From contig CBFFRP010000066.1 in NCBI GenBank assembly GCA_965644295.1, positions 248,001-312,000 of the forward strand: a stretch of DNA of 64,000 nt. Reading direction: 5' to 3'. A program made the translations under genes and the position numbers. Origin of the DNA: Paraphysomonas bandaiensis. Lineage: Eukaryota > Protista > Chrysophyceae. The notes below the pieces were generated by a model that did no database searches, had not been told where the DNA came from, and worked only from the letters and a program-made list of their open reading frames with translations. Shown here one piece after another: positions 39,701-51,294 of the stretch; position 1 is the stretch's first letter, and each line of letters starts with the position of its first letter.

Positions 39701-42700
39701 TCCTTCAGTTGCACATTTACCTGAGATGTTACGTATGGTCTGGACCGCGTATCGAGATTACATTACACTTTCAATTCAGCTCTCAAATAGCGGTTATGTC
39801 TATTGCGCAAGCTTTGAATCTATGGTAATCGTCGACTCTGTAAGTTCTGTAATTTCTGCAAACAATTTTGACTATGTGAACGGCGTTTCTGTCAACGCCT
39901 CAATCTCGATTACATCTCTGACACCGTCCACGAATTACACACTTTATTGTGTCACGCAAAACAATGACTTGTTAGCTACCTCGTATGAAGAAATGCTCTC
40001 GAATGCAGTCGTTTGGAAAACTCTATGTTGTAAGAGCATATATGTGGATTTGAATATGCTTGTGCTGCAAGAATATAGTGTGGGCTGGAATATGGTTGCA
40101 GTTACCCTTTCGGCAGCTCCGTCATCTGACAGTGATGTGTGGATATCTGCTGAGGTGTCAAATAGCAGTGGTTCGTACACTGTATCCCCCTTTCTGGATG
40201 ACACTGTGACTGTTACGCATTCCTCATGGTCGAAGACACATTTCTTCACTGTCGCCAACTGTGCGCCGGGACTGTACACACTACAGGTGACGATGATGGA
40301 TTTTTCAGTGCAGCGGGAGTATGATGTGGTCTTCCGAAGTGGCCAGTCGTTCACTGTAGAGCCCTCTGCAGTAGAACCCAGCACCCCGCGTTTAACGTCA
40401 GCACAGTTCTCGAAGAGTGGTGAGTCCGCTGTCCTGAAATTTGATTCACCTACGGACAAGGCGCAATATTCCTCATATTTCAAGTGCTCTCGTCTCCTGA
40501 ATGTAGCTGGGGCCTCATCGTCAGACTGTCTTTGGACCTCGGCCACCACACTTACTGTGTATTTCAAAGGGCCTCTTCTTCCTGAAGTGGGTGATAGTGT
40601 GGTGCTGCTACCGGGTCAACTGCGAGCTCAATGCACCTCCACATCATCAGAGTGTACAGACTGGGCTACTGTGAACAGAACAGAGATGATTTTAGCTGCC
40701 CCCTACAACCCCATCTCACCAACGCTCGTTGTGACATACCCAAAGGTCTCCAGTCTCTGCGACAGACCTGTAATCGATATTACTGCCTCCTCTGGTTCTG
40801 GTGGTCGACCATGGAAGCACTTTAACATCACTGTGACCAGTGCTAGCAATACTGTTCATACAGTTCAGAAATGGCTTACAGAGAATTACGTGATTAGCCC
40901 ACCGCCTGCAATACCAGCCCAACTATTTCAAGGTGGTTATAGGTACATCTTTGAGCTATGGCTGTGCAATTTTCTCGGTGAATGCAGCTCTGCCATAGCT
41001 ATCATAAAAACAGTAAATGATATTCTGCCGTATGTTTCTATGGTGGGACAACTCTCTCGACAGATATTCACTTACACTCCTCTGGCACTGCAGTCGAATG
41101 CTTTTCTAAATGAATGCGATGGATCTGTATCGTATTCCAACTTAATATATGACTGGAAAATATTCGAGGGTGAAGTGGAGCACTCTGAGTTAGTGTCGTT
41201 GTCGAGTGACCCGAGAAAATTTAAGTTACCACCTTATTCTTTGAACGTAAGTTCTGTTTACGAAGTAAAGTTATCTGTGATAAGCTCTCTGTCGGGTCTG
41301 TCGTCGTCAGCAGTTGTATACGTGTCCGTAGTTCAGTCCAATATTGTGGCAATCATCGAGGGAGGATCACAGCAATCATTGCGAATCGGTGGGAGCGTGT
41401 TATTGGATGCATCTGGCAGTTATGATAAAAACATTCCACCCGAATTACGCCCTCCAGCTGAGAGCAGTGGGTTTGAATTCCGTTGGACTTGCATGCAGTT
41501 GTTTCCAGCTCTCCTTCTGCGGTGTGATGATTTGAATATACATTCGAATAGTATTACAACTCCACATTTACTACATATATTTACTACGAATAAGACAAAG
41601 GAGCACTCGGAGTATTCGATAAGTGTGGAAGTGCTTAGTGTTGCTGACGGCAGGCAAGCAGAGAGCTCAGTGGTTGTACGAGTGACTGAGGCATTGGCTC
41701 CGATTGTGACTATAAGGAGGAGCGAAGCAGCGAGTGGTGTCAACCCTTCGTCTTCCATGGTTTTGCTGGGAACTGTGCAATTAGATGTCGCCCAATCAGC
41801 ATTTTGGACCATCAACGAGCCTTCTGTTGCTCTCTCTTCTATCACATCTACGGCGACGTATGTATCACTAGCGAAAGGGCTACACTCCATCAATTTGGTG
41901 GTTAGTGCCGGCTCTATTCCTGGTCGGTCGGTTCCCTATGTGTTTTCACTTACCTGTGGCTCGTCCACAGCATCATTGACAGTGATTTTTAATACTCCTC
42001 CTCAGCCTGGTCTACTTGCAGTGTTCCCTCCCTCAGGTATAGCGTGGGATACAGTCTTTACACTCATTGCGGAGTCTTGGACTGATGAAGACTTGCCATT
42101 GTCCTATGCAATGGGTTATGTGGAGAATGACTACTATCCGATTGTGAGAAGTCGGTTGGAGACGTCTTATGTCAGCTCCACATTTCCACCTGGGGACAGT
42201 AAGAATGGATACACATTGTTGTGTTATGTTCGTGTGCTGGATAGTTTGGATGTAGGTTCTCTGTTGCAGGCGTCTGTTGTGGTTCGTTCCAATACATCCC
42301 TCTCGGCAACATTAGCAAGCGAGAAGTTTCGATTGGAACTAGAATCGAGTGGAAACAATATTGAGTTGACGAAGCAAATTCTCTCATTGTCTAGTTCTTA
42401 TCTGAACACCAAGAACTGCTCCTCAGCACCCAACTGTACCACTTTGAACCGTCACGAGTGTTTTAGTGTTGATCATACATGTGGATCATGCTTGACTGGG
42501 TATGTGGGAGAAGAGGGTGCATCTAATCATAGTTGTGTACCGGAAAGCGATTTGTTAACACCTTCTCCAGGTGTGGTTTGTGGTACTGACTATGACTGCA
42601 GTGTATGGGAGTACTGTAAGGATTCGGAGTCACCCTCCGTTTGTGATTATCGTCGGCAAACATGTACCGGCAACTGCTCGCATCGAGGCACCTGCATACT

Positions 42701-45700
42701 TCAGGACAGTGACAGCGGAGCTGCTGTGTCCGAGTGTATATTGATTGACTCTTCATGTGAGGCGAAGTGTCTGTGTGATAAAGGATTCAGTGGCTTGTTT
42801 TGTGAGTATACAGCTGAGGAGGCGAGAGTACGCACTAATATGAGAGAAGCCAATCTCAAGGAGTTAGATGGTGTCACTAGAGTGGATGATCCAACTGTGG
42901 AGTCGATTTTGGAGTGGCAACAAATTCTAGTTGCACTTACAACACAACCGAGTGAACTATCTGAAGTGGGGGCAGAGCATGGTCTCAATATTGCTGATGT
43001 GATTTTAAGTAATGCTACACTGCAAACGGTGGACACATATGAGGCGTACAGTGACACGCTGACAGCAGTAGATAGCATTGCCACTGTGTCAATGAATATT
43101 TTGTTATCCTCATTGACCTCGTCCAATATCACTCGTCACCGCAGTCTCCTTTTCAACGAGAGCTCATTCATCGCCTCCCGAGTTGCGTCCGCGCTGGACA
43201 CTTATGGGTCAGGTGTAAGACGATCTCTGATTGAGGGCCAACGCGGGAATCAGATTTTACGAAAGTCATTTCAACAAATTACAGAAGTTTTTTCCTTTTC
43301 AGTTAATAGTGAAGATATTTCAATGGCAGTACCACAGTCATTTGCAAAGACGTCGGCTGGATTACTGCCCTCGTCTTTCCAATTTCTTAGAAATAGTACT
43401 CGGCACCCCTCGCAGAGTTTGAAGGTTTCATTGAGTAGTATTCGGTCGAAGCTTTATGACAATGAGAATTACAATTCGGATGTGTTGCAAATGGCTATTG
43501 ATGGCTCGATGTACTCCAACGATTCTTTCAAGATAATTATACAAAATAATTATCCTATCTACTACGGCCGAGTACACGCCAACAATACCACATTTAACGT
43601 GACTTGTGATCGTGATGTGTACACCACTCACGTAGTACCCTGTCACCCGTCAGCTGTGAACGTCACTTGTAATGGCACTGCCGCAAATGTACGGCTACGT
43701 TGCCCGGATATTTTCTCTGCACCTCATTGCCGAGTCTTGTCTACCAGAGGGAACTTCAACTGCACAGTTGACTCCTATACTTCGTGGAACACCACATGCT
43801 TGTGTCAGCTCACTTCATCAGGATATCACTTCGGAGGTAATGACCTGTCATCGTATGATACAAACCCTTCTCCCTCTCAGCGACGCGTGGACGAGACAGG
43901 GCAAGAGCAGGCAATTCTGCGAGAGTCGGGGTATGTGGAGCTCGTGAGCACATCAGAGTACGTTGCTGGCGACTTTACTGCAACCGTTGTTCTGGCTCAG
44001 GAGTTCGATTCACCTGAGGACTTGCAAGCAGTACTTTTGGTTGTATCGTTGTTCGGAACAATTTGGGGCATGGGATTCCTTGCAATGTGTTATATGTTTG
44101 CAACGTCAGCGTATTTTTCCAAAAGTGAGAAATTAAAACAGTGTGCGACGACCCCGAGTCTTGACCTCAATAGTGCTTCCCAAAATGCAATTACCGCGGA
44201 TTCTATGAAAATGCGACTTCATTCATATGTAAAGGAGGTTTTTCCGGCAGTGTACAACGCAGAATCGCCGTGGAGTCGATTGTGGAGAGAGCTGAAGAGC
44301 CATCATCGTTACATAGCTTTAGTTCTCTCGAAAGACTACACGAATACAGTGAACCACAAAATTCGAGTGTTGTTACACCTGTTAACAACACTTTCCATGC
44401 TGATGTTTTTCCTGGCGTTGTTGTATGACTTTGAGGTAATTGCATTAATTATTATCATCCAACAATACCTATAATATATTATATTGTTTTTCGTCTTGCT
44501 AATGACGTTCATATAGTATCCAGAAGACAATGGAAAATGTGAGGCTCATACCACTGCCTCACAGTGCGCAACTGAGAAGTCGATGCTAGATTCATCCCAG
44601 AGAGTGTGTCAGTGGGTTGAAGATGACGACACGATTGGGGGGTACTCGTGTGTATTTGTTAGCCCTGAGGTTTCTCTGAAGGTACCTAAACTCCCTTTTC
44701 CATCTTTGCATTGGTCTTTACATCTCGTCTGTATGTGTTCATTAGGCTACCCTGATTGCCTCTGTTATATGTTCCATCTTCAGCATGTTCGGAAATGCAA
44801 TTGTCGACTTTATATTCGACATTCTAGCTGCTCCCACTGCATGTTGCTCTAGGGAAAATGCTGCTGAGCAAATAAATGGTCAGATCCAACGGCGTGTGTC
44901 TCAATTTGGCAAACGAGTGTCAGCCATAACTACAAATTTATCTGATCAATTTAGGAGTAGTGTGGGGAGGAAGAGAAAAACGTCGTCTTTTATAACGATT
45001 GAATCAACACGTCATCTGCCATATTCTTGTATTGCTGCCCAGCAGTTGGCGTTATCTTCGTTTGGCAGTATCGTGGCAGAAGTAAATCCATCGTTACAGT
45101 CCATTGAACGTCGTTCCAGTCGTAGTCAGCGCTTAAGCAGAAATACGGATGCATCCCACCCACATTCGAGTAGTTTCCAGTCCTATTACGGCATCTGTCC
45201 CGTAAGCCAACGGTCTGAGGGAGTGGATAATGTGGCAGCAATTCCGTCTACTATCCTGTCCATCTCAACGGATGATTTATATGCAGACCTATGTAGCGAT
45301 ATTGTGGAGCAAATGAGATACCTGAGAACCACTAGACAAAAGGATGCATTTATGATGGCCTGGTGGTATGTATAATGTTATGTTGTTCTATATTTTGTTG
45401 CTTTTAATGTGTTTCTTGCAGCTTGGGGAATAATGATCAATTCAAGCCAGAGTATGCGAGTATTATTGAGAAAAGACTGAAGGAACACCTTGCTTTTGTT
45501 CAGAAGGAAGTGGCTCTCAAGCGGAATAAATTGAATCAAATCGAAGACATATATATTGGTCTGGAGCTGCTCCACATGTTTGTGCTGGATGTCCTCGGTA
45601 GAGGTAAAAAGTGTTCATACGTTGCGCATTATGCGATATTGCAATCTTCACCACAATAAACGTACTTACCTACTTGGTGTATGTAGCTTCACCGGCAGCC

Positions 45701-46987
45701 AAAATATTTGAGACGAAATCAGAGGAAGAGTGAGTTGACTATAATACACTAATGAGCCATTGCTGATATCTCATATTTGCTGTGTTGTGTTTTTGCAGAT
45801 TTCGCCACACCTACGTTGTTTCAAAGTTTGTAAAAGGCATAATGTGGACTTTGGTTGTGCTGTTGAATCTCTGCTTTATTTTTTACTCCATGTTACGAGG
45901 TCTACAAAGAGGACTCGAGTGGCAGATGATGTTTCTTTTTGCATGCATTCTGCAATTTCTATTCGAGATTTTGCTGTATGAGTCGTCTGAAGTCGCCATA
46001 ATTCATTTTGTAATTCCAAGTTTAGTCCGATACGAAGTTATGACTGCTCAAACTGCACTCTACAACGCAATTGAAAGTATCAGCAATATGTCAGAAGAAA
46101 CGAACGATCTGATACTTGACACGCCTCAGTATTTGTTTGTATCCGTAAATGTTGCCAAATTTTTCCCTCATCAATTGGAGAGTGCAATTGTACGGTCCTA
46201 TCACAGCCTTTATCCGGGTGCAGTGGCTAAGAATTGGAAAGACAGAAGTGAATTTTACTGTAGAAGAGGTGCTGTGGTTCCTTCCGGTCGAACTTATACA
46301 AGACGTTTCTCTGTGATAGCTCTGTTATCTCTCTTGGTTCAGCAACTCGGCGCAGTGAGCAGCACTTGGCAGCGCATGATCATTCATCTTCTTCAGCCAC
46401 TCTTTGCTGTATCTCTGATCATGATGTGGCAATATATGTGGTACCATCCCATATATTTCATATTTCTGCTGGTACTTGCAGTGTATGTCGGATATCGCTA
46501 TCTCTCCTCGTGGAAAAATCAGGCTGAAGAGCGGATTTCAAATAAAGTCGGCCAGTGCCCAGCAATAGTGTCGCCCGATTCCTCTGCTTCTTGTGTTCCT
46601 GGAGAGGAGGGAGCGAATCATCTGAATACTGGCCCGGAAGAGGGACACATTCCCCATCACCTCTCCAGCAGTGACCCTACTATCCATCAGCAGCGACACA
46701 TGAACGATTTTCCCTCCATTGTAGAAGTAGGGCCCAACGCCACCATTGTCCCACTTCTACCAGCAACTGCACTTGATCCCATTGTTGACACAGATACGGA
46801 AGGTGCTGCTGCTGTTGCAAATACTTCATACGGCGATTCTAGTAATTTTCGGCCTGCTGAGAAAACCAGTGTCACACATAACACCGCACCCGATGCTTCC
46901 ATTGCTATGAGTAATGTTGCACCACTGCTAGTTACGGATTTCTCTTCTGATAGTGAGCTGGAATGTCTGGCATTCAAAGAAGTGTAA
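36774..46987 (+). CDS. Receptor gene 3 (body B): LRR / PT stalk / REJ-like / EGF / GPS-like / multi-TM protein, ~3286 aa; exons 36774-44435, 44517-44681, 44746-45365, 45422-45603, 45687-45729, 45799-46987
   Basis: Five GT-AG introns (81, 64, 56, 83, 69 bp) join the listed ORFs in frame (9861 nt). 15 LRRs; DASGSYD; NTPPQPGLLAVFPPSG...FTLIAESWTDEDLPLSY; exon 2 YPEDNGKCE...C..EKS...C.W aligns with DPDDGSCE...C..EKS...CYW of gene 1. Confidence 0.88.
37014..38093 (+). repeat. LRR array of gene 3: 15 x 72 bp, alternating IGDMTAL / LGQLTSL types
   Basis: Counted from the translation. Confidence 0.93.
38183..39710 (+). repeat. PT-type stalk repeats of gene 3
   Basis: PTGQPSG tetrapeptide repeats with 120-bp higher-order units. 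Confidence 0.9.
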
Positions 46988-47701
46988 GGACGAATATCTC
47001 AAATATATATTTTGTGATTTTAACAGTAATTACTTTTTATCAGATGTGATGACGAATACGATGATTCAACTGAATTTGAACTCTGATACGTTCTGTGGAG
47101 ACAAAATCGAAACCAACCGAAGTATGCACATATCGTGCGACAAGATTTGTGTGGTATCTAGCGTGTGCAAGATACAGAAAATGAGCTATTGATGAATGCT
47201 GTATTTGGTAATGCAAATTTTTGTAACATATATTTCTGTTTTACTTTAATTATGCTTTGTCCTATGCAGTATGTTGCATGTATGTTTCCAATAAATAGTA
47301 GCATCTTAAAGAAGTAATAATTCTGATTTTTACAAGTAATACCACGATTTTACATCATAAACTACCGCGGTATAAGCTCTCTCTCTATTTACACTCCACA
47401 CAAGCACTAAGGGTTTGGCTAAATCAATTGATCAGGTTTGGTCTGGCTATAGACTTGTTATAGTACAAGGTTAACTCTAGCACGAATATATCTGTCAATA
47501 CTATCGGAATATCTGATAATGTTTGCAGAAAAAGATGGAGATGTAGCCCTACGAATTAGATAATTAAATTTAAAGTAGTTATGAATTGTTCTTGACACAG
47601 CACCCATATATGTATTATGTAGCATACAACCTTGCTTACTGACTATGATAGTACTATGAGATAGGTCTCTAAGTACACACACACATCATTACCATTAACA
47701 T

Positions 47702-48018
47702 TGTTGAGTTCTGCTGTTGGAGCAATTAAAAGCTGTAATTCTAAGGTATTAGAATTGTGACCGTTAGTCGAAGAATACAGTAGTGGTTAACAGTATTATG
47801 AGAACTAACAACATGATGGCTACTGTAGTAATGAAACTGAATATAATATAGTGATCATACAAGATAGTGACGATGTACGATCATACAAGAAATGATTGGT
47901 CGTAGAGATAACATGAAATTGATGAATGAGAAGTGATATTGATTATGATTTTATAATAAGATTCATGAGTGAATACACGTCCAGTTAACTTAGTAAATCA
48001 TCCAATTGTGTCATGACA
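47702..48018 (+). mobile_element. LTR copy of the same family as 294-600
   Basis: TGTTGAGTTCTGCTGTTGGAGCAATTAAAAGCTGTAATTCTAAGGTATT...GTCCAGTTAACTTAGTAAATCATCC..TTGTGTCATGACA aligns end to end with 294-600; no TSD seen. Confidence 0.8.
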
Positions 48019-48429
48019 TCTATATTGTCCATCAGCTCCTGTACATTCTCCTTCGACATAGATATCCATATGATGTTATCGTGTGCAAGAGAAAACTGAG
48101 AAGCGAAGAATGCTTATTAGAAGCTGATCCACAAACACACATACAATAAACCAGTCCGGTTCTCTGTGGACTACAGCGCACTCACGATATAACGCCCTTC
48201 CTATATTGCAATCTCTCTAGTAATGATAACGGGAGTATGTGTATTGACAGTAGCATCAGCTGCTGCTTGGATTGATTATGAGCATATTCATCGCCTGTAG
48301 TTGTCACGATAATTGCCTGAGATAGCACATTGTTTCTAACTGTGACTATGTGGCAGTTCACTGGGTTCACTATGTGTATCTTAGCTTAGTATGTCCATGT
48401 ACTGTATATACAGAGTGTAATGATCACCC

Positions 48430-48643
48430 AAAAGTGGAGGTTTTCTGTAAAAAAGCCTACATTCGTCCACTGTAACGAGAGTATCCACCATATTAACGAC
48501 AAAAGAAACTATAGGTTTATATAAAAGTGGAGGTTTTCTGTAAAAAAGCCTACATTCGTCCACTGTAACGAGAGTATCCACCATATTAACCACAAAAGAA
48601 ACTATAGGTTTATATAAAAGTGGAGGTTTTCTGTAAAAAAGCC
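48430..48643. repeat. 93-bp tandem repeat, ~2.3 copies
   Basis: AAAAGTGGAGGTTTTCTGTAAAAAAGCC starts at 48430, 48523 and 48616 with near-identical intervening sequence. Confidence 0.92.
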
Positions 48644-48932
48644 CTCATATTTGTCTTTTTCCTCCTAAAATTCCTGCTTTTCATGTTCAGAAAGTCTATA
48701 TACTCACTCTCTAGTGGCCTAATAGGAATTCCTATTAAGGTTTAGTAGGCCGGTGTTGGAGATAGTCCAAGAGATTGTTCACTTCTGTCATCAAGAATAG
48801 TCGACACTGTGACTATATCTGACAATGCTTCACCCCGCTGGTAGCACATAACAAAGTTGTCCAACAGCTTTTCTTTTAGCAAGTTGCTACTGCTGTTTAC
48901 TGTTTGTATGCGACCAGTACAAAGAAAAGCTA

Positions 48933-49455
48933 TCTAATGATCAGATTGCAGATATATTGATGAAATCTTTGTGTGTGTGTGTGTGACTTATGAGAGATGA
49001 GATGTCTAGGCGAGGATCAGAAATCACCAGTGGTGGTTATTGGAGAGGCTAGCTGAAATGTCAGAGTCATACATCCACCTGTTTGTCTTATGTGGTTTTT
49101 GGTGGTTGCGTATCCGTCAGTTATGTCTCGAGATATCAAGATTCTATCTTCAGCTTTGAATTGAGAGGGGAGTGTTGAGTTCTGCTATTTGAGAGCAATT
49201 GAGAGCTGTAGTTCAAAGATATTTGACATGACTGTTAATAGAAGAATGCAGAAGTGGTAAACTGTATTATGAACTAATGTCATGTTAGCAATCATAGTAG
49301 TGAAACTGAATTATATTGACCGTATAAGATCGTGATATCTAAGATTGTATGGAAATGATTGGTAGTAAAGACAACATGAATTTGGCGATTGACAAGTGAT
49401 ATTGATCATAAGTTTATTAAATGATACTATATGTTTCTAACTTATAATATCAGCA
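48933..49455 (+). mobile_element. 3' relic of a Ty1/copia retrotransposon: RNase H end, polypurine tract, 3' LTR
   Basis: 48933-48971 translates SNDQIADILMKSL (copia ADxxTK motif); PPT GAGAGGGGAG at 49163-49172 abuts TGTTGAGTTCTGC at 49173; the LTR is a diverged relative of 47702-48018. Right end approximate. Confidence 0.78.
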
Positions 49456-49999
49456 TAGAGTGAAAGTATTTTTCAGTTATGTCGATTTCTATCAGTTGAC
49501 TACATACCATGTACAGTAGGTTCACGATGCAACTTGTATTTATATTATTCCTGCCTTGTATAATATAGGTTCTTGATTGATTGTGTAGCATTTCCGTGTC
49601 TCTTACAAACAATATCTAGTTAAGTTCATTTCATCCTGCCTTTTTCAGCATTTACAGATCAGATATCCACTTTTACACGAATTGAAGAAGAAACACATAA
49701 TATTGTACCAATGTTAATATTCGATTACTTGCTTCATCGTGCAACGCGTGTATTACATTACATACCAATGAGAGTATTACTGTTGAATATAGACAAAAAA
49801 CAAATGATCACTAAGTTAAACAATAAGTAATCAATATATCAATATATCAATATCGCAGGAAATTAATCAACAAAACGGTAATGAACGTGAAATATAAAAA
49901 GATATTTCAAATGTTATCATAAGCTACTTAGTAATTGTTAGACTTAAGAATACATTATGAGCATCATTCAGTTGCTTCATGCGAACTTCTTCCTTCTCT

Positions 50000-50730
50000 A
50001 CATTCAAAGATGAGATGTCTTGGCAGCCTGCTTTGCTTTCTTTTCAGCTGCCTTTTCTGCCGCGGATAATACAGCCAACCGTTGTTTCTCGCTCTCTTTA
50101 GCAATGATATTGGCCGCCTTCATACGTCTTCATTCTTCTTGTACTTTTATGGCTTTACCACAACGGTCCTCTTCTCGTCATAAGCGTGAGCTCTGCTGCA
50201 CGCCGTTTTCTCTCCGCAGGCAGACCAATGACGGATATGGGTCAGTTCGTCTCTGTTGATGCTCGAAAGTCCCGGTAAAATGCCCTGAAATATCATCTCA
50301 GGGTAAGAAACAGTTCCACGAAGTTTTACACGTCAGAATAGAACATTTCATTAATTCCAACGGCTCTTCTGAGATGTCGAGTAACACTGATACATCATTT
50401 TCTCAAAATCTACAGTGACACTTTTGTCATCAGGTGGGAAGGCAATCCTGACCACAGTGAGCATAGCCGGCAGCAACTCCATTTCGAGTCATGACATTAT
50501 CAAACGCATGACATAACAACAACAAGCTGCTGCACATGGTGGTCTCGAAGACCATGTCCAGAAAGAACAGACGGATATGTAGACATGAATCGATCAAACG
50601 CTGCTGGTCTACTTCTCTCCAGTTGTCTGTATAGGAGGGAATCTATCACCATTAATGGGGGGGTTTATGTATGGCATTGAACTCCTTGATTGTCGGTACA
50701 TTGCTTCGGTTCCACACCTTCTTGTCTTAC
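50000..50730 (-). pseudogene. Decayed coding relic, possibly transposase-derived
   Basis: Higher GC than flanks; fragments such as HAFDNVMTRNGVAAGYAHCGQ, VDFEKMYQC and a K/E/A-rich tail (AKESEKQRLAVLSAAEKAAEKKAKQAA) separated by stops and frameshifts. Family not established. Confidence 0.3.
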
Positions 50731-50807
50731 AGTGTATATGTGTGTGTGGGTTATACACAGTGCGTGTTATATATACATATATACACTATCCTCATAGCTC
50801 ATAGACG

Positions 50808-51207
50808 ATACTGAAATACGGTATATTTTATGGGTCATAAAAAAAGGGCATTTAACTAAAAACTCTGGATTTTTTTGTCTGATTCCACACACAAAATTCT
50901 AGAATTGGTTCTTGCAGATGAGATCAACATACAGTACAACCATACGGCATACGGCATACGTACCACATACCCAACCTGAAGATACTATGCAGTGTGCCAC
51001 TAGTAAATATGTATATGTATGTATGACTGGTAGAGTACATCATACCCCACAGAACACAGAAGGAGATGAAGCAACTCACTTCACTTCACTTCGTTGTGGT
51101 AACATGCATCGAGAGGTCAACTGGAGTGTTACCGCATGTAGCATGTGTTCATAACTCTCATATATTTTATTCCATGCTCTCGTGTGTACATATACATGTA
51201 CATCCAT
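50808..51207 (+). promoter_or_regulatory. Mosaic 5' flank of gene 4: distal part gene-3-like, proximal ~60 bp gene-2-like
   Basis: 50808-51119 matches 36425-36711; 51150-51207 (CATAACTCTCATATATTTTATTCCATGCT...CATCCAT) matches the reverse complement of 29633-29690. Confidence 0.55.
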
Positions 51208-51294
51208 ATGAATCCATCCATTCGCTGTGTATGTCTGCTTATCAGTTTATTTAACTCTCGTATCGTAACACTCACAGTTGCCTCAGTTGTCTCT

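Noticed and set aside
48430-48643. 28-bp motif repeated three times at regular spacing, CRISPR-like at first sight
   Set aside because: Intervening sequences are near-identical, so it is a 93-bp tandem repeat; eukaryotic context and no cas genes.
51145-51207. Upstream ATG extending gene 4 by 21 aa
   Set aside because: The three paralogs start at MNPSIRC, and the extension corresponds to non-coding flank in gene 2.
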